A stretch of DNA of 64,000 nucleotides from Candidatus Peribacteria bacterium. Its GTDB lineage: Bacteria > Patescibacteriota > Gracilibacteria > Peribacterales > Peribacteraceae. Shown piece by piece: positions 42,479 through 53,700 of this stretch (position 1 is the stretch's first letter; the number at the start of each line of letters is the position of its first letter). The notes below the pieces were generated by a model. That model worked only from the letters and a program-made list of their open reading frames with translations. It had not been told where the DNA came from and did not search any database. Both the position numbers and the translations under genes were made by a program. The stretch lies in assembly GCA_041691135.1 (NCBI GenBank), contig JBEPVF010000002.1, forward strand, positions 1 through 64,000, given 5' to 3'.

Positions 42479-43474
42479 TTACGAAACGGCGGACCGCGAT
42501 TGGGCCAGTGCCCGACAGTGCGTGCGGTGCAGACAAAAGAAGGATTTATGACCGCGATGATGCGCATGATACTCGTTGATACCGAGGATGATCGTCGCAA
42601 GGCCGAGCGGCAGAAAATAATACATCACGCGGTAGGCGATCAGGATGCCGAGCAACGTCGCACTCGGATAGACATGCGCGAGCAGGAGCAGCATCACCGC
42701 TTCGAATACGCCGATACCGGCCGGCGCCTGACTCGCCTGCCCGGCCAATTGGGCCAGCAGATAAAAACCGACGAAACCGACATAGCCCAGTACCGGTGAA
42801 GCAGGCAACAGCAGATACAAGGCGGTGCTCGCTAAAATCCATTCGAGTGATGACAGAAGAATCTGTTGCACTGATAGCCGGAGAGACGTGCGTGGCAGCG
42901 CGTGTCCCAGAACATGAAGCGGCTCTTTGCGGACAATGTTCCACAGCAGGTAACCGGCGATGAGGACCAGGAACATGAGACCAAGCGGCCGTACCGAGCC
43001 GAACGGAATATGCAGAATAGCCGGTATCTCCAGCGGCTCGATACTAAAGATGACGCCCGCAAGCATCATGTAGCCCAGAACGAATGTGAGATTGCAGAAC
43101 AGGACCATCGTCGTCACTTCCATTGCGGTGAGTCCCCATGTTGCGTACACCCGATAGCGGATTGCCGAGCCGGTGAGGAGGTTAATATTCGCGCTGTACG
43201 TATGACCTATAAAGGAGGCGACGGCGGTTTTGGTGTACGACAGATGTTTGCCAATATACTTAAGTGACAGTATTTCGAAGCCGGTCAGAACCACGTAATC
43301 GACTGCGATGACAAACAGGCTGAACAGAAAGCGATGCGGCGGAATCAACTGCAGATCGGCCAGCACATCGACCAGATGATAGTTGCGCAACTGGTACCAA
43401 ATAATCCACAGCGCCACCGCGAAGATCAGAAAGCCGAACACCGAACTGAGGACATGAACGAAGCGCTTCGCCAT
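42479..43474 (-). CDS. Lysylphosphatidylglycerol synthase TM (MprF flippase-like) domain protein
   Basis: IRYRVY..WG, PAGIGVFEA, YRVMYYFLP; no synthase domain. Confidence 0.85.
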   Translation of the reverse strand: MAKRFVHVLSSVFGFLIFAVALWIIWYQLRNYHLVDVLADLQLIPPHRFLFSLFVIAVDYVVLTGFEILSLKYIGKHLSYTKTAVASFIGHTYSANINLLTGSAIRYRVYATWGLTAMEVTTMVLFCNLTFVLGYMMLAGVIFSIEPLEIPAILHIPFGSVRPLGLMFLVLIAGYLLWNIVRKEPLHVLGHALPRTSLRLSVQQILLSSLEWILASTALYLLLPASPVLGYVGFVGFYLLAQLAGQASQAPAGIGVFEAVMLLLLAHVYPSATLLGILIAYRVMYYFLPLGLATIILGINEYHAHHRGHKSFFCLHRTHCRALAQSRSAVS

Positions 43475-43619
43475 AGGAGAGTGGAGAGCACAGTATAAGA
43501 AATGTGTTCTATCCTCAAGAATGATGGAAGCCACAAACCCGTATTTTCGCTTTCAAAATGGTTTTACGGCGATAGCGCCTCAAAGAATCGAATTGACTCT
43601 TAGTCCATTGTGATTCGTA

Positions 43620-44240
43620 TCAGATGCCGAGCAACTGTCCCGGCTCGTCGACGATCACATCCGGCTTCTTGCGCTCAAGTGCCGAACGAGAATTGAGTCC
43701 CCAGGTGACGGCCACCGATACGATGCCGATCTTCTTGGCAGCGATCACATCGCGCAGTTCGTCGCCCATGTACAGCGTGGTCGCCGGCTCGAGACGGTGA
43801 AGACGCAACATACCTCGCAAGATGCGATGCTTGCCCAGCAGCCCATCGGCACTGCGGATGTCCTCGAAGATGAGCAGATCATGCCGATGCAAAAATGCTT
43901 CGACGTTCTCGAGTGAGTTCGATGTGAGAATCATGAGTCGATCCCCGCGACGGTGTAATTCCACCAGCACCTCGCGCATCGCCGGCACCACGCCGAGTGA
44001 ATCGATATTGGCATGCAGGAGAGATCGGCCCTTGACCAACAGGAACGGTAAACGTCGGAACGGAATGCCAAGATCGCGCATGATGCCGCGGGTCGTCTTG
44101 CCGCGTAATCGCTCCTCGTCACCCGGCTCAATCGGGCGACCGCCGAGCTGCGGCGCGAAACGGTTATACAGCGCGATAATCTCGGGGAGACTGTCGGCGA
44201 TCGTGCCGTCGAAGTCGAAAATAAAAGTACGACGTGGCAT
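43620..44240 (-). CDS. HAD-superfamily hydrolase
   Basis: FDFDGTIADS, ILTSN, YMGDELRD, VTWG. Confidence 0.92.
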   Translation of the reverse strand: MPRRTFIFDFDGTIADSLPEIIALYNRFAPQLGGRPIEPGDEERLRGKTTRGIMRDLGIPFRRLPFLLVKGRSLLHANIDSLGVVPAMREVLVELHRRGDRLMILTSNSLENVEAFLHRHDLLIFEDIRSADGLLGKHRILRGMLRLHRLEPATTLYMGDELRDVIAAKKIGIVSVAVTWGLNSRSALERKKPDVIVDEPGQLLGI

Positions 44241-44262
44241 GGGTCGAGAGTAACAGAAAAAA

Positions 44263-44392
44263 AGGAAGTGACCGAGGTGGCAGAGGTGACAAAGGTGACC
44301 GACGATTGGAACGCAGAAGATGAAAGAGGAGTACTCCTCATAATCCCATCCTCTGCTTCCTCTGCCACCTCGGTCACCTCTGAATCTTCAGT
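44263..44392. repeat. Gene-less inverted 9-nt-period array (GTGACCGAG-type)
   Basis: gtgaccgag gtggcagag gtgacaaag gtgaccgac ... tctgcttcc tctgccacc tcggtcacc tctgaatct. Confidence 0.85.
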
Positions 44393-45515
44393 GGTGATGC
44401 CCTCCAACCGCCACTACCGGCCTCGTCCCCTCTTTCGTCTTCAGAAGCAGTGCAGCGAACCAAGTGGAAATAGGAACAGCAAGGAGCAGCGTTGCGCTGC
44501 CGACGAGCGTGCGAATGACTTCTTCGGCGATCGCTTCGCCGTTGAGGATCACCCATAGCGGAGAATCGGTATCCGTACTGAACAGGAGCAGCAACGGCAA
44601 TGATGCGCCAACGTACGCCAGAGCGAGGGTATTGATCAGAGACGCAATATGTTCGCGACCCACCGACATACCCGACCGAAAGAGCGCATGCCGGGTGAGT
44701 GTCGGATTGGCCTTGCTGATTTCGTCAACCGACGCCGTCTGCGCCGTCGTCACATCGTCGAGCACACCCAGACAACCGATGATGATGCCACCGAGCAACA
44801 GACCGCGGAAGTTGAGATGGGAAAACTGGCCGAGCTGAAGATATAACGTCTGTTCACTGCCCATGCCGAACAGCCGTCCGAGCGAGACAAAGAGAAGCGC
44901 CACAACAATGGCCAGAACGAGCGTGAGTAACGTACTCAGTAACGCTACCGATGTGCGACGATTGAATCCGTGTGCCAGATACAGCGAGCTGGTGGCAATC
45001 AGACACGAGCCGACAATACTGACGAGCAGCGGACTGTAGCCGGCGATAATCAGCGGAATAATAAGCTTGGCCAATAGCAGGATGCTCACGACGAGACCCA
45101 GAATTGACGAGATACCACGCAATCCACCAAGCACGACCGTCAGACCAAGAAAGAGAAGCAAGGCCCAGCCCATTCCCGGCAACCGGTAGCGCTCTTTGGC
45201 CATGTATTCCACGCTGCCATCGGCGCGGGTGAGCGTATCGACAACGAGCATCTCTCCTTTTTTATACAGCAAATCTTCGCGGTCGCTGATGGCATCGTTT
45301 TCCACGCTGATCGACTTGCCGGCATCCGGCCCGCTCGTCAGGCGAATCGTGAGTTTCTGTACGATACTGGTTTCGCCATCTGCCTCCTGCTGTGTTTGGG
45401 TCGCATCAATCACCTGACCGGTTTGGAATTCTTCCTTTGTCGTCTGCGCCCCAACTGAAAGAGGTATCAGCAGAACAGTGCCCAGCAAAACAGATCCAAC
45501 GATGAATCGACGCAT
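44388..45515 (-). CDS. YibE/F family membrane protein
   Basis: LGVLDDVT, GM.VGREHIAS.INTL.LAY.GASLP, EEVIRTLVGS. Confidence 0.9.
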   Translation of the reverse strand: MRRFIVGSVLLGTVLLIPLSVGAQTTKEEFQTGQVIDATQTQQEADGETSIVQKLTIRLTSGPDAGKSISVENDAISDREDLLYKKGEMLVVDTLTRADGSVEYMAKERYRLPGMGWALLLFLGLTVVLGGLRGISSILGLVVSILLLAKLIIPLIIAGYSPLLVSIVGSCLIATSSLYLAHGFNRRTSVALLSTLLTLVLAIVVALLFVSLGRLFGMGSEQTLYLQLGQFSHLNFRGLLLGGIIIGCLGVLDDVTTAQTASVDEISKANPTLTRHALFRSGMSVGREHIASLINTLALAYVGASLPLLLLFSTDTDSPLWVILNGEAIAEEVIRTLVGSATLLLAVPISTWFAALLLKTKEGTRPVVAVGGHHH

Positions 45516-45684
45516 GAAAGCATCATACTCTCCCTTGATCCTGGCACCACATTTCTTGTGCGTTCTGCGAGGTATCAAAACTGCATTTTTGGTGTAAAAG
45601 GAAAAAGGGAGCCTGTCGTTGTTCCTTATTCTTTTTCTCGCCAACTCAGTCGCATCAATCGCTCCGGCATCGTATGATCCAAGT

Positions 45685-47868
45685 ATGTCCGTCGACACAC
45701 TGGAACTCTCCGGCCTGCTGCACACCCATTTCGGGTACGGGGAATTTCGTCCGCTGCAGGAAGACATTATTCAGCATGTGCTGAGCGGCCACGACAGCCT
45801 GGTGCTGATGCCGACCGGCGGCGGTAAATCGCTGTGCTATCAGCTTCCCGCACTGTGCCTGGATGGCCTCACGCTTGTCGTATCACCGCTTATTTCGCTG
45901 ATGAAGGACCAAGTCGACAGCTTGCGCGCCAACGGGATCGCGGCGGCGTTTCTCAATAGTTCGCTCACCATGATTGAGCAGGCGCATATTCAACAAGAGG
46001 CGGCAAACGGTCAGATTAAGATCCTGTACATCGCACCGGAACGACTGGCGGTGCCGGCATTCCAATCTTTCCTGCAAGACGTGACAGTGAGTCTGATCGC
46101 CATCGACGAAGCGCACTGTATTTCGCAATGGGGACATGATTTTCGTCCCGATTACCGGTTGCTCTCGGGTCTGCGAGCGCACTTCGCCGGCGTGCCCATC
46201 ATCGCCCTTACAGCCACGGCCACCGATCGCGTGCGCACGGATATTTGTGAGCAGCTGAGATTGCAAGCGCCCAAGGTTTTCCTGTCGAGTTTCAACCGGC
46301 CGAACCTCACATACCACGTGGCACCGAAGAAAAATTCGTTCGACACATTGCTCACGCTGCTGCGCAAGCACCCGGATGCATCGGCCATCGTGTACTGCTT
46401 TTCGCGCAAGGACACCGAGTCGCTGGCCGCCGATCTGGTGGCCGAAGGATTCAAGGCCTCGCCCTATCATGCCGGACTCAATGCCGACGTACGCCGTGAG
46501 ACACAGGAGAAGTTCATCCGCGACGAAGTCCCGATCATCACCGCCACCATCGCCTTCGGCATGGGTATCGACAAGCCGGACGTGCGTCTGGTGGTGCACA
46601 TGGACATGCCGGCCACGGTGGAAGGCTATTACCAAGAAACGGGACGCGCCGGCCGCGACGGACTGCCCAGCGATTGCGTCCTCTTGTATTCGGCATGGGA
46701 TCGCAAGAAACACGAATTCTTTATCGGAAGAATCACCGACGACGCAGAACGGGCAAATGCGACCCAGAAGCTCGATCGCATCATGGCCTACTGTGATCAT
46801 CGCCGCTGTCGCCGGCAATTCCTACTGACCTATTTTGATGAGGAATGGACAGATGACAATTGCGAAAGTTGCGATCGTTGTCTGGAAAAAACCGAAGCGT
46901 TCGACGCCACCGAAGTGACGCAGAAAATTCTGTCGGGCGTCCTCAAAACCGGCGGGCGCTTCGGCGCGCAGTACGTGTGTTCCGTCCTGCTCGGCCGCAA
47001 TGAGAAGGCGGTGCGCGAGCGCGGCCACGATCAACTGTCCGTCTTCGGCATCGTGCGCGATTTTTCCGACGCGCAGCTCAAGTTGCTCATGGGATCGCTG
47101 ATTGAACAAGGATTGCTGATGCGCACCGAAGGACAGTATCCCGTCCTACAGGTGACTGAATACGGCATGCAATGGATGCAGGAAGGCAAAGCGATTCAAT
47201 TGGCCCGACCAACGACGAACACCGCATTTTCCAAAACGGATGACCGGCAGATTGTATCGTTCGATCAGGGCTTATTCGGTGAGCTGCGCGCGTTGCGCAA
47301 ATCGCTGGCCGACGAGCGGGGCGTACCGCCGTTCATCATCTTCGGCGATCGTACGTTGCAGGAAATGGCGACGTACATTCCACAGTCACGCGAGAGCATG
47401 GCGCGCATCAGCGGCGTGGGAGACAAGAAGCTGCAGGAATTCGGTACGTTGTTCGCGAATGTAATCAGGCAGTACGCAGCGGATCATCAGCTGTCGGAAA
47501 AACCGATGCCCGCCGGCCTGGTACGGCAGGAACGGCGGCGCGAACGTACGGTAGGCCAGAAAGGCTCCACTTACGACGAGACGAAAAAACTTCTGCAGCA
47601 GAAGGTGCCGCTGGCCGAGATCATGCGGCAACGACAGCTCAGTGAAGGAACGATCGTGCAGCATATCGAACGCCTGGTGCAAGCCGACGAAGAACTTGAT
47701 ATTCACTATCTTCGCCCATCCGACGACGACTACCGCACCATCGTCGATGCATTTCACCTGAAAGGAAGCGGCATTTTGTCGCCCGTATTCTCGCATTTCA
47801 ACGGCCGCTACTCCTACGACATGCTGCGTCTGGTTCGCGCACTCCTGGTATCAGATACCTCAGCATGA
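45685..47868 (+). CDS. recQ: ATP-dependent DNA helicase RecQ
   Basis: MPTGGGKSLCYQLP, DEAHCISQWGHDFRP, QETGRAGRDG; RQC, HRDC and C-terminal HTH. Confidence 0.97.
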   Translation: MSVDTLELSGLLHTHFGYGEFRPLQEDIIQHVLSGHDSLVLMPTGGGKSLCYQLPALCLDGLTLVVSPLISLMKDQVDSLRANGIAAAFLNSSLTMIEQAHIQQEAANGQIKILYIAPERLAVPAFQSFLQDVTVSLIAIDEAHCISQWGHDFRPDYRLLSGLRAHFAGVPIIALTATATDRVRTDICEQLRLQAPKVFLSSFNRPNLTYHVAPKKNSFDTLLTLLRKHPDASAIVYCFSRKDTESLAADLVAEGFKASPYHAGLNADVRRETQEKFIRDEVPIITATIAFGMGIDKPDVRLVVHMDMPATVEGYYQETGRAGRDGLPSDCVLLYSAWDRKKHEFFIGRITDDAERANATQKLDRIMAYCDHRRCRRQFLLTYFDEEWTDDNCESCDRCLEKTEAFDATEVTQKILSGVLKTGGRFGAQYVCSVLLGRNEKAVRERGHDQLSVFGIVRDFSDAQLKLLMGSLIEQGLLMRTEGQYPVLQVTEYGMQWMQEGKAIQLARPTTNTAFSKTDDRQIVSFDQGLFGELRALRKSLADERGVPPFIIFGDRTLQEMATYIPQSRESMARISGVGDKKLQEFGTLFANVIRQYAADHQLSEKPMPAGLVRQERRRERTVGQKGSTYDETKKLLQQKVPLAEIMRQRQLSEGTIVQHIERLVQADEELDIHYLRPSDDDYRTIVDAFHLKGSGILSPVFSHFNGRYSYDMLRLVRALLVSDTSA

Positions 47869-47869
47869 A

Positions 47870-47959
47870 TTAACCGGCCAGAAACATGAAGAGTGCGGCA
47901 ATGACCGCAAAGATGCCGAATGGCCCGCTGAACGAAGTTCGATGTCGATACACGTACAT
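47870..47959 (-). CDS. Possible 29-aa membrane peptide
   Basis: MYVYRHRTSFSGPFGIFAVIAALFMFLAG with a pyrimidine-rich leader. Confidence 0.3.
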   Translation of the reverse strand: MYVYRHRTSFSGPFGIFAVIAALFMFLAG

Positions 47960-48041
47960 ACAAAAGGAGAAGGGATACCTCCTATAACGAACAACCTCAC
48001 TCTGGCTTACGGATTGGAGATGACAATGTTTTAGAAACGAT

Positions 48042-48791
48042 CTACAACTCGATTTTCGAGAACAGGTAACTGCCGAGCGCCAGGAATAAAATCGTGAGCA
48101 CGACAAGGATGCCGCCATCGATGAATATGCCGAAATGACTCTGCCCGAGCAACGCAGCCCGGAGTCCGTCGATGCCGTAACTGAGCGGATCGAGTTTGGC
48201 GATAAACAACAACGTGGGCGGAGCCGTATCCAGCGGGAACAGTGCGCCGGACAAGAAGAATAACGGCATGACGACGAAGTTCATGATCAGCTGGAAGCCC
48301 TGCATGTCCTGCAATTTCGAGGCGATTGCCGTACCGAGCGCCGTGAAGAGCAGCGAGATTAGGAACATAAAAATGATCGCTACTGGCACCATCGCCCAAT
48401 TCTCTGGACGAAATCCGGCGATGAGCGCGATGAGGAACACGATGCCTCCCTGCAGAACCGCAACCGTCGCGCCGCCCAGCGTCCGGCCCAGCATGATGTT
48501 CCAGCGGGAAATGGGAGCGACCAGCATTTCCTTGAGGAAACCGAACTGGCGGTCCCAGATGATTTCGATGCCCGAGAAAATCGCCGTAAACAGAATTGAC
48601 ATCGAGATGATGCCCGGTGCCAGGAACTGCAGGTAGTTACCGCCACCCGCCCGCTCGTAAATGGGTCCCATGCCGAAACCAAGCGCGAACAAGAACAACA
48701 GCGGCTGGCCAAGAGAGCCGACAATTCGCGCACGCGACCGGCCATAGCGCTTGAGTTGCCGGAGCCACAAAATGTAGAGAGTATTCAGCAT
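48042..48791 (-). CDS. ABC-2 type transporter permease
   Basis: FLAPGI, DRQFGFLKEMLVAP, FLSGALFP. Confidence 0.92.
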   Translation of the reverse strand: MLNTLYILWLRQLKRYGRSRARIVGSLGQPLLFLFALGFGMGPIYERAGGGNYLQFLAPGIISMSILFTAIFSGIEIIWDRQFGFLKEMLVAPISRWNIMLGRTLGGATVAVLQGGIVFLIALIAGFRPENWAMVPVAIIFMFLISLLFTALGTAIASKLQDMQGFQLIMNFVVMPLFFLSGALFPLDTAPPTLLFIAKLDPLSYGIDGLRAALLGQSHFGIFIDGGILVVLTILFLALGSYLFSKIEL

Positions 48792-48797
48792 AGAGAA

Positions 48798-49610
48798 TCA
48801 GGAGCGGCGTCCCCACATGCGGCTCATCGTCCGCATATGATCGGTGGCGCTGACTTCTTCGGGACGAATGGCTTTGCCGGTAAGGGTGAGGAATGCGTCT
48901 TCGAGTGACTGCGCATTCGTTTCTTGTTTAAGCGATGCGGGCGTTCCTTGAGCGATGATCTGTCCGTGATCAATGATGGCAACCCGATCGGCAACGCGAT
49001 CCGCTTCTTCCATATAGTGCGTGGTGAAGAAGACGGTAATCCCCTCTTCTTTATTCAGTTTTTTGATGTAGTCCCAAATGTGATTGCGCGTCTGCGGATC
49101 GAGACCGATGGTCGGCTCATCGAGGAAAAAGATTTTCGGATGGTGCAGCAAACCGCGCGCGATCTCGAGTCGGCGCTTCATACCGCCCGAAAATTGCTTC
49201 ACCAGATCGTCGCGTCGGTCATCGAGTTCCACGAACTTGAGCATTTCATCGATGCGCTTGCGCCGCGTGGCCTTGTCGACGCCGTACAAAACGCCATGGA
49301 ATTCCAAATTCTCCCACGCCGTCAGTTCGTCATCGGAACTGGGATCCTGAAACACGATGCCGAACGAACGCCGGGCGCCGGCTTGATCATGCACCGGATC
49401 ATGGCCGTCGAGTTGCATCGTTCCACTGGACGGATGCAACAGCGTCGTGAGCATTTTGATCGTCGTCGTTTTGCCGGCGCCATTGGGCCCCAGAAACGCG
49501 AAGATTTCACCACGCTGCACCGAAAATGACACATCATTCACGGCGGTCAGTTTTCCAAACTGGCGTACCAGATGGTCGACATGGATGATGGGATCAGAAG
49601 CAGCGGACAC
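48798..49610 (-). CDS. ABC transporter ATP-binding protein (DrrA-like)
   Basis: GPNGAGKTT, FSGGMKRRLEIARG, LDEPT.GLDPQ; GTG start 6 nt after TACACT. Confidence 0.92.
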   Translation of the reverse strand: MSAASDPIIHVDHLVRQFGKLTAVNDVSFSVQRGEIFAFLGPNGAGKTTTIKMLTTLLHPSSGTMQLDGHDPVHDQAGARRSFGIVFQDPSSDDELTAWENLEFHGVLYGVDKATRRKRIDEMLKFVELDDRRDDLVKQFSGGMKRRLEIARGLLHHPKIFFLDEPTIGLDPQTRNHIWDYIKKLNKEEGITVFFTTHYMEEADRVADRVAIIDHGQIIAQGTPASLKQETNAQSLEDAFLTLTGKAIRPEEVSATDHMRTMSRMWGRRS

Positions 49611-49713
49611 GAAGAGAGTGTAAAACAGAAACATGGCATGCCGCCATGGAAAGTACTGGATAATTCCTCTAGTCTTTCGACTGCACAGTTTACTCTCTTT
49701 TCCTTCTCTACTT

Positions 49714-50211
49714 ATGAAGCACACTCCCCTGATCATCTCGTTGAGTATGTCGCTCCTACTCCTGACTGCCTGTGGCTCATCGAACACCAATGTCACCCCT
49801 GCAACATCGGACACAGCCGCAAACCCGCCTCTGACCAATACGGCAAATCCTCCGCCGACCAACAACGCACCCCTCACGCCCGGCGCAACAGTGAACGCCT
49901 TTTACGCCGCATGGCTGACATATTCCGGTAACCCACTCACGGACCACATCTACAGTGTAAGTCCGTACATTACCGCATCGCTTAGACAATCACTGGATGC
50001 CCAAGCGCAATCACCATCAGGCCTTGATCCAGTCCTCTGCGCGCAGACCAAACCATCCGCGTTGACCACCTCGCTCGTCTCCGGAACGGACGGCGGCCTC
50101 GATAGCATAGACGTCACCGAAATTTTCGGCGCCTCCACCACCGTCGTACGAGTCGGCGGAGCATTGGAAGGCGACGTGTGGAAGATCAATACGATTGAGT
50201 GCGCGAAGTAA
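49714..50211 (+). CDS. Putative lipoprotein
   Basis: LLLTAC lipobox, Pro/Thr/Asn linker, DPVLCAQ...WKI..IEC. Confidence 0.75.
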   Translation: MKHTPLIISLSMSLLLLTACGSSNTNVTPATSDTAANPPLTNTANPPPTNNAPLTPGATVNAFYAAWLTYSGNPLTDHIYSVSPYITASLRQSLDAQAQSPSGLDPVLCAQTKPSALTTSLVSGTDGGLDSIDVTEIFGASTTVVRVGGALEGDVWKINTIECAK

Positions 50212-50332
50212 GATTCTGTTTCGTATTTTCGCATCAAATAGATCTAAATTTGAGCTGCGTTGTAGCAGGTTTTGTCGGTGGAACTGATGAGGACTTTGCA
50301 GTGGGGGCATTTCATAATAGAAATAGAAAAAA

Positions 50333-50722
50333 TTACTTAAGAGGTAATTCGGGGAAAACTTTAAGTAAATCTGCCACGTACTTTTGAAGTTCTTCATCAC
50401 CTATATAACCAAATTCACCACCTCTATTGAGTTCGTTTGATTCATACATGGACAACCATGAAATAAATGCATCACATTCATTTGCAGATTTAGGTGAAAG
50501 AGCAAGATAATCTAAAGAAAGAGAATCGGTATTTACGAAAATATCTCTCTTTATTTTTTTTAAATCTGTCCCAGTAATTTTACCATCGATATGTTGTTTC
50601 AGTTGATCCTTAAATAATTGAAGATCGCTAGTTAATTTTTTTTCGAAATAAATTTTTTGTTCATTAAGGAGACTTCCCTCAAGATATTTTTTTAGCGCCA
50701 AATCATCATAATTATTAATCAT
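50333..50722 (-). CDS. Putative immunity protein
   Basis: Small AT-rich ORF overlapping the toxin stop by 4 nt (ATGA). Confidence 0.65.
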   Translation of the reverse strand: MINNYDDLALKKYLEGSLLNEQKIYFEKKLTSDLQLFKDQLKQHIDGKITGTDLKKIKRDIFVNTDSLSLDYLALSPKSANECDAFISWLSMYESNELNRGGEFGYIGDEELQKYVADLLKVFPELPLK

Positions 50723-53700
50723 GATTGTTTTTTGAAAACAGTTACTGTGATAATTCTACCAGTATATCCATCTACAACTACTCTTAAATTTTTGACAGTA
50801 GAAGTCCCATTTTTTCTATAAAACGAAAAATTTGAAATCTCAAATCTATATCTCAACTCATCTGTGGTAGTATCTATAGACTTTACTCCATTTTTCAAGA
50901 CATCTTCCACAAAAGATGGATAAACACCATCGTCTTTCATTGAAAGAATCGCATGTTTTGAATATTGGTAATTACCTATTGTCACTTCATTTGTTGAATA
51001 GTTTGTAATTTTTTTAGCAATGGTTGAACGAACATCCTCGATAGTATCAACTTCCACAGCTAGGCTTTCTACCGCACCTTTACCCGCTTTAGGAACCGTA
51101 GACATTTCATCTTTAATCAGTACTTCTGCCGCATCTTTCCCTCCTGTTTTTAAAGCCGCAGCAATCTTAGTAATAAAAGGAATGGCAGAAGCTTCACCTT
51201 TTGTAAGAACAACAGCCAAAGTTTTAACAACTATCGGACTCAAAACTTCCGCAGTTGCAACACTTATAAGAAGTTGACTTGTATTTTCAGGTGTCATTAG
51301 TTTCACACCAGCTACAAAACTCTGCATGCTCGAATAGAGTGCAAACTCCGCAAAATGAGCTGTACGCTCTACTGCTGAAAGTTTGTCGTTATTCACTGCC
51401 TGCCTCTCTTTGTCCATTCTAGTTTGCAGGAATGTAATCATATTATTTAATGTTTTGTTCACTGGATCAAAAATATCGGTCTGCCAACTGTTTGGCATAG
51501 TGACAATTACATCAATCAAACGTTTACCAACTTCATACGGCAGGCTTGAAATGCCCAAAGTTGATGACAACTGGATGGCTGCTTGAACTCCAATAATGGC
51601 GGACGTTGGACTCGATTCAGCACATTTATTCAGTAGGTCTTGCTGCGACTTATATTGATTTACTGCGTTAGTATAACCCAAAGGAGCTGCTTGATTATCT
51701 TCTAAGCTATATGTCTTTCCCGCATTCATAACAATCTTGAGATCCAACGATTTCTCGGGCCCTCCAATATTCAGCCCACTTCCCGCTACGGCCGCACGGC
51801 TATTGATGCCCTGTTTCGCCAACATCGATCGTAGATCGAGTGACGCATATTGCGGATCAAAATCTTGTTGTCCCGCCATCGGATACACCACATTCATATG
51901 CATTTCAGCAGTCATTGTCCCACCGACTTTTCCGACTTGGCCGACTGAATCGCCAGCAGCTATCTGGCGTCCCAAAATATCTGGATTGATCGATTGAAGA
52001 TGAACGAACTCCACAAAGAATACGATTGTGTCTTTCGAAACTGGATCTGGAATTTCGTGTCGCATAACCACCCTACCTTCGGCTTCATCAATATCGACGA
52101 CGATGCCGTCGAGCATGGCACGCACTGTCTTGCCTTTGTCGACATTGAGCCCGCCTTGCAGATTTATATCAACCGCATTGCTCTCAATTCCCACATGCCC
52201 TGGCGATCCCTCTTGAATGAACCATGTGCCATCAGCTTTATCCACTGGCAAATGACCCTGAAGTGCAGCCACGATAAGCGCCTGAATCCGTCCATTTTCG
52301 CTCGCCACTTGCTCGATTGAATCCGGTCCTGTTTCGGCCTTTACCAATGAAGCCACCAACTTTGGCGTCTCCACCACTGTCTCCAGCGGCAGGTTCATCA
52401 GTCGCGCATACAGGGCGCGTTGCTTCTCCTGCGTATCGGCCATCACCAGATCCAAGGCGAGTTGGCGCAATTCGGCGTTATCGGTGTAGCGGCCGATCTT
52501 GTCGTACAGGCGTGCTGTATTGATCTGTTGCTCGCGTGTGACGGGCGTCACTATATCTTTCATCACCAAGTTGCCATCTTTATCCACCACGCGGAGCTGC
52601 TTTGGCTGCGGCTGTGTAGTGCGACTTGTGTAGAGGAACGGCTGACCGGATGCCGGGACCACTTCGATGCTCACGCTGTCGCCAATCTGGCCGATGGTCA
52701 CAATTGCCCTGAGCGCTTGTTTTTGCATGCCACTCATCACGCCAGTGAATGTCTTTTGAACCGGATCGCTGGCCGTACCTGTGGGTCCGACGTGGACGCG
52801 CACCATCACGGACGTACCTTGCAGGCCGTCGTTTTTGATCGAGAACAACGCACCGAGTGTGGTACCGGCAACCGCGGCGACCGGACGCGTGCTCACCATT
52901 GCGGGCACATCCGTCCAGCCTTCCTGACCACCCGACGAAGCGATCTGCCACTGCAGAAAATCGGCCGATAATTTGGATGCGTCTGACGGCATCACATCGG
53001 CTTCGCTGGGGCCTTGGGCAGTGAACGTTGGCATCTCGATCGGCGCTTTGCCGTTCATGCCCACTACCAAGTGCCGCGGCGCGCCCGGGAAAATGACAAC
53101 AGTCTGCGCTGTGAGCTGGCGATACCATTCTTTCGGCAACGGCTGCAAATCGCCGCTCATCGTATTTTGATTCACGTAATACAGCTGATTGATGTTGACT
53201 GATCCGCTGCCGCGCATGTTCACCCGCAACAGCTGGTACTGCGACGGATCCGGATTTTCGACGCCTTCAAGCAAACTGCCGTTGACCCACACATCTTGTC
53301 CGCCTGTACGATACAGCACGCCTTTTTTACGACCGGATTCGATGTAGTTGTAGTCGCCTTGTTCCCACTGTGGAGCACTGACAATGCCTACATCGCGGCT
53401 TGTTTCGGGACTCAGCACCGCAAAAGGTGCTGCGATTTGCGTGCCGTTGCTTTCGAGCGACAGACCGCCGACAAACAGCGCCCCTGATTTCTGACTGTGT
53501 GTGAACACAACTCCCGACAGACCCGCCGGCTGCTTCAGATCGAACACGCCACTCGACGGAATCGCGACCGATGATATTTCTTTGCCACCGCAATACACAT
53601 GCGCGGTGATGACATCGCCGGCACGGTCCGATGCGATGCGGCCCTGCACACGCGTGACGAGCGTTTGCGTAGTGGCAAAATCCAACGTGGCCGCCGATCC